This document shows, in pieces, positions 27,306 to 39,879 of a DNA stretch of 64,000 bases. The notes under the pieces were generated by a model. The model saw only the letters and a list, made by a program, of their open reading frames with translations, did no database searches and was not told the origin of the DNA. The stretch comes from Camelus dromedarius (taxonomy: Eukaryota). The number at the start of each line of letters is the position of its first letter. The first letter of the stretch is position 1. The translations under genes were made by a program, and so were the position numbers. The stretch is from positions 67,334,001 to 67,398,000 of the forward strand of contig NC_087436.1 of NCBI RefSeq assembly GCF_036321535.1, read 5' to 3'.

Positions 27306-28989
27306 GAAAAAGGGTTCATTTAGGAAGGCACTCTGGATATTTTGAACAAAAAGGGGTTCAATAAAGAGAAGTTTGGGTTTAAAATATACAATTGCTCCAC
27401 ACTTTCGTTTTACCTTCTAAAGCTGGTCTCTTATTGTAAAAATTAGGCTCAAGACAACCAAATAACACAAAATTTTTTCCTTACTTTTCAGATGGATATG
27501 ATTAGATTTATATGAACATTTACTGGGAAAAAAAGAAAAAAATACATATGAATTTAATGAGTACATGGCTCCCAACATTTCATGAGAGTTTCAGGTTGCT
27601 TTTAACATCAGTAGGGGATTGCCTCCCTGAGAAGTTTGAATACAAATTCTGCGCTATTGCCCTGTTATTGGGATAGATTACATCTTTATCTTAAATAAAA
27701 GTATCTGTGCCCCAGAAACGTCATATGACAAACACAAATGCATTGTGATAAATGACAACCACTTTATTAGGTCACTCAAACCATCTCTTTGTATCTTTTC
27801 AGGAAAATGAAGTTTCCTATAGTTCAGAATTATAATCCATTAGTTATGAAAATAAGTTTCATATGTCTATTAAATAATTCACCATTATTGTTAGATATTG
27901 CTAGTAATGTAATGATAATATGATGCTTTTAATTTATACCATGGCCAGGTTTCCACAAATATTCAATTGTATCCTTCTAAGTAACCACTCATATTTAAAG
28001 TTTTCCACATGATCAATAAATAAAGAAATAATTAAATGAATAATTGTCAGATAAGTTACTTCTATCCCAGTCTTTCTAAGAAAACCTGGGTTTCAGTCAC
28101 AGGGCTGAGGTTTAAACCTCCCTCTGTCCTGTGTGATGTAGTGTCTTACCAACTTCTGCCCAGAAGCATGGAGAAAGAGATAAGAGAGACTGGGGACTCC
28201 TGGACCTCAAGGGAAGTAGCAACACCCATTACCCATGAATTATTGGAAGAGAATGAGAAGCGAACCAGAGAAATGATGTCAGTTTGGGTTTTTTGCCTTT
28301 TAAGGCATGATGATGTGACCCTTAGTATCTCTGGACAATTCAACATCTAAGATTCTAAGAAAGCCAATTAATATGTTTGAAGAGAGGAAAAACGTAATTT
28401 TTCCTGCAATGGTCATATAGCAAATAAACACAGCTAACTTATGATTCATTCATGATTCAAACTTACTGCTGTTTGACTCTGAAGAATTGTATTTTTGACA
28501 ATTCCATGGTGATGGTTAACCCCTGAACACTGTGATACTAATCTGTTATTCTTTGAGGAATGTAGTAAACTGTATAAGAATTCTTCCTTTGGGTCAACTG
28601 TCTTCAAAGAAAGTATACTTTATCTAGTAATGCTGCTCCTTCTTGACTGTACTTAGCCTTGGAGCATCAGGATTTATGTAGAATCTTCATTTGTTGTCCT
28701 AACCCTCTTTAGTTTTGAAGCACACAAAAAAGATTGTATTTTTTCCTCACCAAAATAAGAATGAGATCTTTGCTTAACTCTTCTTTGTAAGATGAAAATT
28801 GCATTGTAGTAGACACTGACCTTGAATATGGCATGAATTTTTCTCTCAATTATAGAGACATTGCTGCAAAATAAAAATATGAAATAATGTGATTCATATT
28901 CAACCAACCTAGAACCGTAAGTTTGTTTAGGCCAAAATCAACTTACGACTCTACAAACTTTTTAATTAGTAAAAACTCTAACAGTCTTT

Positions 28990-29390
28990 CACATTGCCTA
29001 TTGACACAAAGATGTTCGTTGGAGCATTTTTTAGATTAGCCTAACAAAATAGAAAAACAAAATAGAAGCTCATGGAAATGCATAACAATAGAAAATTGTT
29101 TAAGTAGTATGATGTGTAGATTAATCATAAATAGAACCATAGAGGTATTTAAAATTTGTATAAATTTAATAATATTGGAAATGGCTGCATTCTCAGGTAA
29201 ACTGAAAAGTTAGACTATCAAATTATGTATGAAGAATACTCTCAGTGATGTAAAATACTGTACAAAGAGGGAAATTTGCCAAAAGTCATTAACTGTGGTC
29301 ACTGAGAGTTGTGGTTCTTTGGATGGACTTAATTTCTTTTACACATTTTTCTGTATTTTATAATGTGCATATTTTACTCATATAATCAGC
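28990..29390 (+). mobile_element. Ancient LINE-1 (L1ME/L1MC-like) 3' end
   Basis: acaaagatgttcgttggagcatt..aaatgcataacaatagaaaattgtttaag..ttaactgtggtcact..ttttactcatataatcag. Confidence 0.55.
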
Positions 29391-30399
29391 TCTTTCAGAA
29401 CTGCTTATTTTAGGCATATTTTTGAAAGCAATTTAACTGTAGGTTTTCATAAAAATTTACAAGTTAAATGATTAAGCACTTATCATTTAAAGAGCTTGTA
29501 CCATGTAAAATCCTGATAATTTTATCAAGTTAAACTCCTTATTAGCAGAAGGGGGTGAAAGTGCAACACCTTTTGAAAGGACAGTTTAAATTTCTAAAAA
29601 ATTTTGTACTATGTTCTGACATTTATTCCAGTTTTCCATTTTGATTAAGTACCCTGTTTTTCTCAGCTTTCCAACTAATCTAACAAGAATTGATGAAAAA
29701 CAGTATAGCCTTTTTTAAAAAATCACATTTGATTTATAGATTTGTCAGGTGAAGATTTGAATGAGCTTCAAATCACTCTTACTAACCATTCTGAAATCCA
29801 CTGCATCTATGAATTAGGTTCAGTAATAACCTACTGACATCTAAGGTAAAATTCACAGTCACTGTATATGCATGTGAAAATCTATTAATACACATGAACA
29901 AAGAATTTACAAAGCTTAATTAAACAAGTAGATTTTCACCAAGTTTATTTCAGATGAATGACTGTATCTAAATGGTGATAAAAGGGTTTCCATTAAAAAA
30001 CTGTCATTCAAGTTATCCCCAGTATATGTTGTATTAGAGAATTTTCCTGTGGTCTGCAGTTATAACATTACATTTATACTTATGAAAGGATTCTATACTT
30101 TTCCTACTATATTCTGCATGATTTGGGCCTAAATTCATGGCAAATTGAAACCCACAAATAACTATAAAAGACTACTTTTTACCAGATACTGAAGAAAAAT
30201 GTATGTGGACACACACCTGAGGTTCATACTGATCAAATTCAAATTGGAAAGATAGTTAAGGTAATTTACTTCATCAGTGTCTCATGACAACTGTTTTGAC
30301 TATTCAACATAATTAAGCTCCTGTTGCTGAAAGTAACCATAGAACAGCCAACAAAAACTGAAGTTAAATCTTTTGACAAGCACTTACTTTCACGTGCTA

Positions 30400-30835
30400 A
30401 TTGGTTATTCAATATTCATTTAGTTAATATTAACTGTGTGCATAATGTATACCATGCTAGATGCCGGAGGGGAAGCAACATAAAGCACACAATGGCCCTG
30501 CCCTCCCCGTACTTACTACTGAATGGCAGATACCTGTAATTAAAGCCATTCTCAAACTGAGCTAAATTTAATGACAAAGGAACCATAAATGTTTCTGAAT
30601 GAGCAATAAGAGATTTTTGCATAGCCTTGTTGAAGATGGTGAAACATCCTTAAGGAGGTGATGTCTTCTTTAAATCATGGAGAATGTGTCAAATTGATAG
30701 TCAGGAATGGGACAGTTAAGCAATTGCCAAAGCATCCCTGTCAGAGGAGAAAGCATATATTGAGATAGAGACAAATGTTTCATGAAACTCAAAATAGGCA
30801 GAAATGGCTAAAATACAGGATGAAAGGGAAATAAT
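30400..30835 (-). mobile_element. L2 LINE 3' fragment
   Basis: tattcaatattcattt..ccatgctagatgcc..atggccctgccctc..aggaggtgatgtct..cagaggagaaagcatat. Confidence 0.65.
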
Positions 30836-31204
30836 AAGAATGGAATCATCATTTTTCAATATCTACTACATTGTATAAATTTAAAGTTGTACTATGTTTG
30901 ATAATTTAATATTTTAACATTTGCAAAATTAATCCTAAAAATTCACCATTTGACATTTCTTTTGTGTTTATATTCAAAACTAGAGAGGATGCTGCATCAC
31001 TTTGCTTGTAAAATAATTGAAGTGCAGGAAAGGTACACTGTTATACTCCTCACCCCTTAGATAATTGTGCTTAGAAGGTACCAAAACCATAATTAGAAAC
31101 CTGTTCATCTGACTAAACTTAGTGTTATTTCATTAAAATACCCTCTTCTGTCTCAAAAACAAAGCAAAACAAAATATAAAGTAAAGCACTCAAGCACTGG
31201 CAAG

Positions 31205-31243
31205 CGCACACACACGCACACGCACGCACACACACACACACGC
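31205..31243. repeat. (CA)n/(CACG)n microsatellite
   Basis: Read directly. Confidence 0.9.
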
Positions 31244-31723
31244 ATTCAAATTCAACCTGAACTGAAAACTCAGTAGCTTTGCATTAGGTTTAAATGACAC
31301 ATAATTGTAACACTAGAATGTGCAGACTTGATTCCTTTCATTTCTGTAACTGAACTTGACATTTAAGCTTTCAGTTCCTTGTGAAGTCATAAAGCTATTC
31401 TTGCCAATTCAAGGTCCTTAGTCACTTCTGGTTTAAGTTACAGTGTCCCTTGGTTAACATTGAAGTCCGAGTTCACAAACTTATCTTATACCTTCCCTTC
31501 TTCCATGGTGGACATCTAAGCCCACAGAGTTTTTACTTATCAACCTGATCTGGAGCGATATTTCTATAACACTTAGCACTGCATTGGACTGGTGGCCTGC
31601 ACCGTGGAGTGATGCCCTTCTATCTAGTGTGTGTTTGACTCTGACTCTGCTTGCATCCTCAGTTGATAAGCAGATTTCCACTATGTGGTACCCCTTATCA
31701 GGGCTTGAATTCTTCTTTTGGTG

Positions 31724-32048
31724 TGTTAAAAGATAAACTGAGGCATACTTAAAATTTTAAGAGTTTATTTGAATAAAAACCAGTTTCAGTTGGTCAATGG
31801 CAAACCAGAAGTGTTTAAGATAACTCCTCAAACAGGAGCTAGGGGAAAGATTTATACAGAGACGGTTCAGAAGCAAAGAAAGGGCATTATTTTATTGGCT
31901 AAAGCTCAAAGCCCAGTTGGCTATTTGTGATTGGTTGTCCTCATAACCTTGAGGCATTTACAGAATTAGATTTTGGTTTGCTTATATAAGCCACCACAGC
32001 ATTAGAGCCACCTCAGCCTGATTGCCTCCTTGTCTAATTAATTTAACA
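31724..32048 (-). mobile_element. ERV solo LTR (ERV1-type), 325 bp
   Basis: Perfect 7-bp terminal inverted repeat tgttaaa..tttaaca; on the minus strand CCAAT (31930-31934, 31894-31898), TATAAA (31851-31856) and AATAAA (31764-31769) occur in U3-R-U5 order. Confidence 0.85.
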
Positions 32049-33439
32049 TGTATGTGGCATTCCAGTGATTTTTCCTTAAAGTTTTGAAATTCCTCCACGT
32101 TTCTCAGACAGTGGGTCTCTGTAAAACTTTTCTCTATTCTGTATGTATATAATCCTCTCACTCATTCTCTATCCCTGTGGTATAAAGGACATGAAACTCT
32201 GCTATATGATTTGCTATTTCCCTTTTTTACCACCTTGAAAATTAGTTAACTTTGCCATGTACTTTGGGATCACTTTAAGTTACCTGTGGCTTCTGTTGTT
32301 TGTGATTCACTTTGGAGATGACCTGAGTTATAGGGACTTGAAGTCTCTACAAAGTAAATAGATTTTCTTTCTTCCTCTTCTTTTGTTTAAATCCTAACCC
32401 CCAATACAGAAATGTGTTTCCTCTCCATGTGGAGGTTATAAAAATAAGCTTTATGTAATTATGAACACATCTTCAATCTATATATTAACTGGCGCTCTAA
32501 AATTCCTAGGATGTATATGCTGTTGTTCTTGCAAACCAAGATTTTTCTATGTTAAAACACTGTTTTCTCTTCTCAAGCACCTAACTCTTAAAATTAAAAT
32601 GGTAGCCTTTTTTAGTCTATGTCTCTGCGAGGCATTTGAAAAATGTACTTATATGTTCAAGTGCCTTTTTCTAAGTTGTGGCTAACAAGCTTCATAAAAC
32701 AATGGACATCAATGGATTATTAATAAAGATGAGGGCAACAGAAAAAAATTAGGAATAAAAATATTGATTATTAGCTAAAAATTATTTTTATGTATATGCT
32801 TCATTAATATTGTTATATTTGCGATGATTGTATTACTATAGCATGTATGAGCTTATTATAACACTTCATGAAAGTTTAAGTAATCAATTAACTGTTATAA
32901 TGATAATCAGATATTATCTAAAATATAAAGATACCCCTATATATGTGTATATTAATAAGACACTTTGTATAACATAACACTGTATAGTTAAAAAAAAACT
33001 TGGCTTTTCCATATGCTGATGACTAATCTGATACATTATATTATACAATGCACAATTTTTAAAAATTTTGCATAGCAAAATAACTCAAATGAAGAGAAAA
33101 ATTAGACCCACGTATGACCTAGAGAAAAATTGGTGCTAAATATGGATAGGCAATTTAGGTTACAGTGAATACATAATGAAATCTAAATTTATTGTCAAAA
33201 AAGCTGAAAGTAGAAATTGGCTCTGGTTCATTTACTGATAAACTGAATTTTTTCTCTCTGTTTTATTTCCTTATCAATTAAAGACTTTTAGGAATTCTAG
33301 GAAGAGATGTGATATTCAAATAATAAGCTTGCATTTAAGCATTATTTAATTTAAATAATAATTTAATTTAAAAAGTACATTTTTTCTTTGTTTTCTTTTA
33401 AATTTTCTAGGTGTTTTCAGGTACCATATTTTATAGCTA

Positions 33440-33905
33440 GTGTTGTACAGGGTTACAGCTAGCAGAAACTCAAGAGGTCTGAAAGAAACTATTACTGGCA
33501 TGGATTTAGATGTCTATTGATGTCAGAGTCAGTATCTCTGCAATTCTTAAGCCTGTCTTTATAAACTGTAACCTCATGGTTATGGAATATTCATTATTGT
33601 TCTAGAAGTCACATTTATATTAAAGGCAGGATAAAGTAGAAAAATATCATGTCCTAAGTATATAATCAGCAGGGCAAAAGTTTTCAGAGAACCTTTTTTC
33701 TCAATAGATTTCTGCTTAAATCTGACAAAGTTTAGGCCAGAACTTCTAGCTTCAAAGGTGTTGGAAAAAATAGGAAAAGTGTTGTCATGATTGACTTAGT
33801 TCAATTATAATCTACTATTTGGGGACTAGAAACATTAATCAAGTTTCTATTAAAGCAAAGAATAAGGGAGAATGGATATCAAGCCAAAAACAGATTCTGC
33901 CTGCA
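33440..33905 (-). mobile_element. Ancient ERVL-MaLR LTR (MLT1K/L-like)
   Basis: cctcatggttatgg..tcacatttatattaaaggcagga..ggccagaact..ctagcttcaaagg..gggagaatggatat. Confidence 0.55.
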
Positions 33906-35794
33906 ATTAAAACAAAATTCCTCTCCTGATTTTCTAACTTGATGTGATATATCCCATTTCATGAGTGAAGAGTATGACATAAGGTTACATAATTTCTTTG
34001 ATATTTTTCATTTAATGCCTTAGTGTCACTCATTCAATCCAAAGGGTTAGTCTTTGTTACACTTACATGAAAACTTAGAAACTTGATGGCCACATTTGCC
34101 ACTGAAATGTCCACTGGCATGGTTAAATTATACCATCTTCTAAAACAGGCTTTCCAGGAATCTGAAGACAGTGCTTACTGACCACAGGAGGCATCATGGT
34201 TTACAATGACTTGTTCGTCATAGCAGTAGTAACTGCAGTAGTAATGTGTGTTGTGGTACAGGAATATAAAATATTCTGTAAGTGTTATCATCAACCCATG
34301 GCATACTAAAACAAAAACTATCTGAGTTTCCAAAGCTAAAGTTCTAGTCTTTAGCTTTTTAAATTCTTAAACATATACCCATTTTCTCAATACCACCCAA
34401 ATGCATGGCATTAGAGACTTCCATATTCAAACAATCTTCAAAACAAATCCTTCTCTAAATTCTGGTATAAATTTTGCATCCAGACTTCTTTATATCTTTT
34501 GACACATTAGTGTTCAGTGAAATCCTCCATGTGGCATCAGTAAGGGCCTCCTCAGTTTATTAAATGTAATTTCAAATCTCAGGAGTCAGGAATTGGTGTC
34601 ATGATCATTTTCTTTTAAAGAGATAACTGTGTTCTTTATGCATATTGATTCACATTCTCTGTAAGATATCTATCATTAAAACAAATTGATAAGAGGTAAT
34701 AAGTAGGTGGGAGTGAACTGACCCATCAAACTGACAAGAGCCAAGAGCTAGGGCAGAGTTCATTTTCAGCCAGGAAGATATGGAATATCCACACTAATTG
34801 TTAAAATATTTCTGCATTGCCTAGTGCTTTCACTATTGTATACTTGATCTCCTAGACACCTCGCACTTTGCCACTGCCAAGCATATAATACATTATCTCT
34901 AGATACAACATAGATTCTCCAAGATCTAACTCCACTGCTAATGGCTTATACCAACTCTGATTGGTCCTTGCTATTACCTCTGTGGTTCTAAAACATTTTG
35001 AATATTTCGCCTGGGTCCATCCCAAGCTAAAAACTGTGAAGTTATGTCTTTATTCCAGAAAAATGGAGCTAAACTAGTCTTATGTGTGTGTAAATGAAAG
35101 GTGTTATTTTTTTCCAATAAAAAAGTGTATTTCCTGTTTTCCTTCCAGTTTTAGAAATGCTGCCAGAAATTTTAGAGTAATTACTACTGTGCTGTAGACT
35201 CCCTAACAGGCACCGTGCTATATAGTTAAATATCCCTTTGCTGAAATTATACCCAGTTATTTCCCCCAAAGCAACATTTACCTAATCCAAGGGCCACAGA
35301 TGGCATAATAATATGCTATTAGATGGCATCTTCCTAATAGAAAATATTTATGTATAGAAAAATATGAAAAATTAAATGCAAACAGTATGTCTCTTAAATA
35401 TCTCTATTATTTCAAAACTTAAAAAAGTGAAAGTCAACAATTATTTTCATGAAAGCTAACTGGTTATGAACTCTATGTTCCAGTCTTATGAATTCTCTAA
35501 AACAGAATCTTCAAATTAACCTAGCATTTATTGAATTTTCCCCTAATATCTGACTTATTGTATTATTTTGCCTTCTGTATTAATCTCTGTATACTGAACT
35601 TAACATATTATTTTTGCTTAAATTTTTAAAGATGTTTATGAATTAATTTTCAAGTTCTCCCATTCTTTTATTTCTTTCCTTATTGACCTGCTTTACTTCA
35701 TTGATGGAATTAAAGTTATAATAGATGCCCTATGTAAACCACTGAACACTATCAGGTTTCAATCATTGCAGTTCACACTCAAACCCCAACCTAC

Positions 35795-35915
35795 ATTAGA
35801 AGATCTTTCTAAGGAATAGACCTCTATTTTGTTAATGTTTATTCACTGCAACAGCTAGTTCAGTGGTTTGTGCTTAGTAGAGCTTTTTACAAATTGTTAA
35901 TAAATCATGTATGTT
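35795..35915 (+). mobile_element. L2 3' end
   Basis: aaggaatagacc..ttattcactgc..cagtggtttgtgcttagtagagc..aaattgttaataaat. Confidence 0.5.
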
Positions 35916-36589
35916 TTATGCTTTTGTTTTTACTTTTTATTTTATGTTAGCAAAATAAGTGAAAAGTTTTATTATTCTAGTATAGTTACCATCAAATACA
36001 GAAATTATATGAAGCACCACTTATAATTCATTATATTGCAGCAGGAACCAGACTTTAAGAGTTTATTTGAAGACTGTGATATAACATTAGTGACTATGTA
36101 TAAATTTAGTATTGGCTGTTTTTTCTGTCTTCATTGAAAGAAGTGTCAAGTAAGTTGACTTAGAATTTTTTTAATTCACATATTAATTTTCCACACTGGA
36201 GCTGATATGGGATTCCCCCTTTCATGTTCAATTAAAATTGAATTGAACCTATTAAATGTGGCAGCTTTTATAATTAATATAAAACATTTAATTTAGGGCT
36301 GCTCAAAGCTTTAAACAGAAATGCAGGTAGTGTAAGCTGAATCTATTCTTTTTCCTTAAGGATAAAGAAGCACTGTAGAATGCAAGCCAAGGAATATCTA
36401 TTAGTCTACAAGAGGGCTGGGAAGCAAAATTACTAAATTAAGATTGGGTAAATTAGACCCAAGAAGGGAAAAATCCAAGACTAAGTTCTGTTGAAAAGGA
36501 GTTTGTCCTAGGAAACTAATGCTTACATTAATATGTGCTATCTTGTGGCCATTGGCTTTCAAGAGCAAGAAGAGAGCCTGCAGGTAATA

Positions 36590-38203
36590 AATGGTTAATG
36601 CCTAAATTAGCAACATCCTTGAAGGGTCCTTCATGAGATTGCCTGAGGCCTCTGTAGCAACTGCGTCAGCATTCAACTTTCCCTCTTCCCATTCCTACCA
36701 CACTCCCATCTTAGTGCTGTTGTTCCTGAGAACACTGCTAAATACACCTTGTGCATCCACATCTTAGAGCCTGTTTCCCAGGGAACCCAGCCTTTGGGAG
36801 TTGGTGGAAATCTTGTTTTCAGGAAGCAGAACTTAAAATGAAATTTTGGAGCTGGATTACCTACAGGTGAGCTGGAAACAAGGAGCCTATCACTGATGGA
36901 AAGTAGAATATCATAGCCATTAATATGCTGTCAGACCACAATTGCTAAAATGTTCAATAGTGATAACTTTGAATAGAATTACTGTGAAGAGACTGCACCA
37001 GCTAGAATGTATTTCTTAGACTTTGAGAGGCAGGGGATATAATAATTATAAGGCTTTTTTCTTTAATGCAGAATAGTAAATAGGTTTGCTTATTGGTCAG
37101 GGCCTGGGAGAAGAAAGATGAAAAATCTGGGACATAGACATGTGGTAATGAGGCATACAGATGAAGTTATGGGAGAGGTATGATATGGTGCTGTGTTCCC
37201 AATAAGTAGAAATTGTATGCCTAGAGTATCAATTGCCCTTATTTGCCTCACTCCCAGTGACTCTCCTGGATTATTTGTGCTTCCTGACCCTGAAACTCTA
37301 ATCTCTGCTGTTTTAGATGTTGCAGTTTTCAGAGGTTGAATACTTACAGGAGTCTATGGTGCCACCTTGTCACTTTGGACTCTTCGTGCCAAAAGCTCTG
37401 TAGTCAATTAAAAGAGGGTCTATGCTGGCAAGGATAAGGATAATTGATCTTGACCATCTGGAGTAGATAGAATTGCTTTGACATAGTGGGGGCTGAGAAG
37501 ATGGTATTCACCACCATATTAATCTCCTGAGACATCTATTTGACTTCCCTTGCCCAATTTTGAAAGTAAGCAAGCAAATACAACACCAATGATTTAAAAA
37601 GACATGAAGTTCAGGAGGCTTAGGAATCTCTGGTATGTAAATCTGGGTCTTCTCAATAGCAGAGATTTTGGGCAATGGTGAAGGAAATCTAAAACATATA
37701 GTCGAGCAAGAAAATAATGAATAAATATTTGCTGCCATGAGATCAGTTGTGGTGATGGGGATATTTTTGTTCCATAAACCTTCCTCTCATAAGTTGTCCA
37801 GAAAAGAAACCAGCCAGAATCTTGGAGAATATATTCCCAGATCAAGTGAAGTTATTATGCAAAGCAAATAGATCCCAACTATTCAAAAGATAGACTGTAT
37901 CAGATGTTATAAATTTGTGCTGGATCCACCTTCAAGACCAAAGCACTCAATACTCTATCTTCCAGGAATGATGGTTGCAGTGGAAACTCAAGAAATTTCC
38001 CATAGTCAAAGGTAACAGCTTCCCTACAGTTTCAGCCACTCTCAGGGGCAGCTGACTCCCCCAAAATTGGTCCATCAGATTTACAAGGACCCAATTTCCT
38101 TGCTCCTATTTGGGGTATCTCTGAAGTGCCATCAGCTAAGCCCTCTGTTGCAACTGCATTGCAGTTCGAATTGTTTCTCAGCCTAATCCGGCTTCCTTCG
38201 CTG
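36590..38203 (+). mobile_element. Internally deleted ERV-L provirus (LTR16 / ERV3-16A3-like) retaining parts of both LTRs
   Basis: 5' LTR end ctgtttcccagggaacccagcc then leader gttggtg..aggaagcagaac..ttttggagctggatta; 3' LTR from ~37896; LTR-LTR match 36643-36664 vs 38136-38157 (19/22). Confidence 0.8.
37274..37493 (+). pseudogene. ERV-L dUTPase relic
   Basis: Hand translation: FVLPDPETLISAVLDV (37274), VPPCHFGLFVP (37359), IIDLDHLE*IELL*HSGG (37440), matching ERV-L LPPGHFGLL and VIDPDYQGEIGLLLHNGG; in-frame stops. Confidence 0.75.
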
Positions 38204-39313
38204 ATAAATGAGATGGATAAATGGCAGAATGGCATTATGAAAGTGCACATTTTGATCACAGGCTAGTCTTCATTGAGGATATGTATATCCTTTAAAATCA
38301 ATCTTTTCTTAAGTATTAGAAAAACCTTCATGTACTCTCAGGTGTACAGACAACCAGTTTGAAGAGACTGATCTATTTCACCCACTATTAAGTGCTCTTT
38401 ACATTTATAATCCTCATTATAAATAATTTTGTGAAAACAAATTAAAACAGTAGATAGAATTAGTCCTGGAATAAATAGTTTGTTTACATTTCTTTTAAAT
38501 GTTTTATCAGATATGACGATATATTTACTTGCCTGGTCTTGCATTATGTCAGACATATGCATTTTATTTCAAAGTTTATATCAAACTATCGCAACACATG
38601 CCCTCTGATAGTCAGCCTATCATTTTGAAATGAACATATGAAGAATGCATGTATAAAAGATATGCATTCTATTGAACTAGATGTCATTTGAAATAAAATT
38701 ATCAGTGGAAGAACATAAAGGTGGTATGATTCAAGCAACCTATTTTTATAAGCCAAATCCTTTGTTCTTGCTTTAGGGGAAAGACTAAGAGTGTTTCCAA
38801 CTCAGGCAACAGGGTGATATTACGTATGACTAGAATCTCACTAGGCAGATGTGCAGTCACTGTAAATGCTGATAATGTTCTTGTTTAGTACAGAGTGTTT
38901 ATAATTTCTCATGTAATAAATGACAGCCTGTGACAGATTTCTCCAAAATAAAGGTCAGATTTTGCACTAGCCTGTCATAATTGATCTTTGCACAAAAATA
39001 GAAACAGGGAAGTCCCAAGAATTTCTGCAAAAATATCTTTCAAGAGTCCCTTTCTTTTCTGTAGACTGTCTTCTGCATATAGGTTAAGAATTTAATGCTT
39101 TTTATATTCTTCCTACAATATAATAACACATTTTCAAAACAAGTAATATTTTTAAGTAAATTTTTCAGGGATATTTTATGATGTATATTCTTTTAATGAA
39201 AATGTCCGGTGCTTCTGGAGAATTAGCATATAATGAATTAAGTCAGTCAGCTCTGAAAATGAAAGTCATAGTCATCCTCAGAATTGTAAAAAATAATTAT
39301 AGATCATCTGGTG

Positions 39314-39425
39314 CAGTTATTCTCAACTGGGGCAATCCCTGGTGGGTGCCAGGGATCCTGCTAACATTATAGAATGTGTAGGAGAGGTCTCCACGATAAC
39401 TGAGTGTCCTGACTGAGAAACCCAG
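39314..39425 (+). mobile_element. hAT-Charlie MITE (MER20-like), internally deleted
   Basis: TIRs cagttattctcaa..tgagaaacccag; gccagggatcctgctaacat; 8-bp TSD atctggtg/atccagtg. Confidence 0.8.
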
Positions 39426-39879
39426 ATCCAGTGTAATCTTAGTGTTTTGCGTAATATTCAGACACATTTTCAAGAGAATCATTTTAGTTTTTAAATGATT
39501 CAGAGTCAAGGTCCTGCAACAACTTTAGAAAACAAAGTTTCATTATATTAGCATTTAATGATAAAGAATGTGGGAGGTATATAAATTTTCCATAGTAGTT
39601 TTAGAAAGGAATTTGAATTGGGCCAAGTTTATAATTTCTGAGTTATTTATCTCTGCTATTTAATTTGGAAACAAATAAATATAAATATAAATAATATAAC
39701 TGTATCTAAATGATCTAGCTAGTAATTTAGGACAATCTTTTGTTTTGTAAACCCTTCACAATTTTTGCAGATTTATGAAAGCTCATCTGCACAGATTTAT
39801 TCACCCCATGAAAAGAGAAATACAGCATTCTTGTGACTTACATAATGTTAATACCAATTCTGTGTTTTAAAAATGTAAT

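Noticed and set aside
33378..33426. Polypyrimidine tract + AG followed by a 10-nt possible microexon (gtgttttcag|gtacca)
   Set aside because: Weak donor, not frame-preserving, and such tracts are common in T-rich DNA; would need RNA-seq support
35290..35331. Two agatggca motifs resembling CTCF cores
   Set aside because: Both miss key 5' consensus positions
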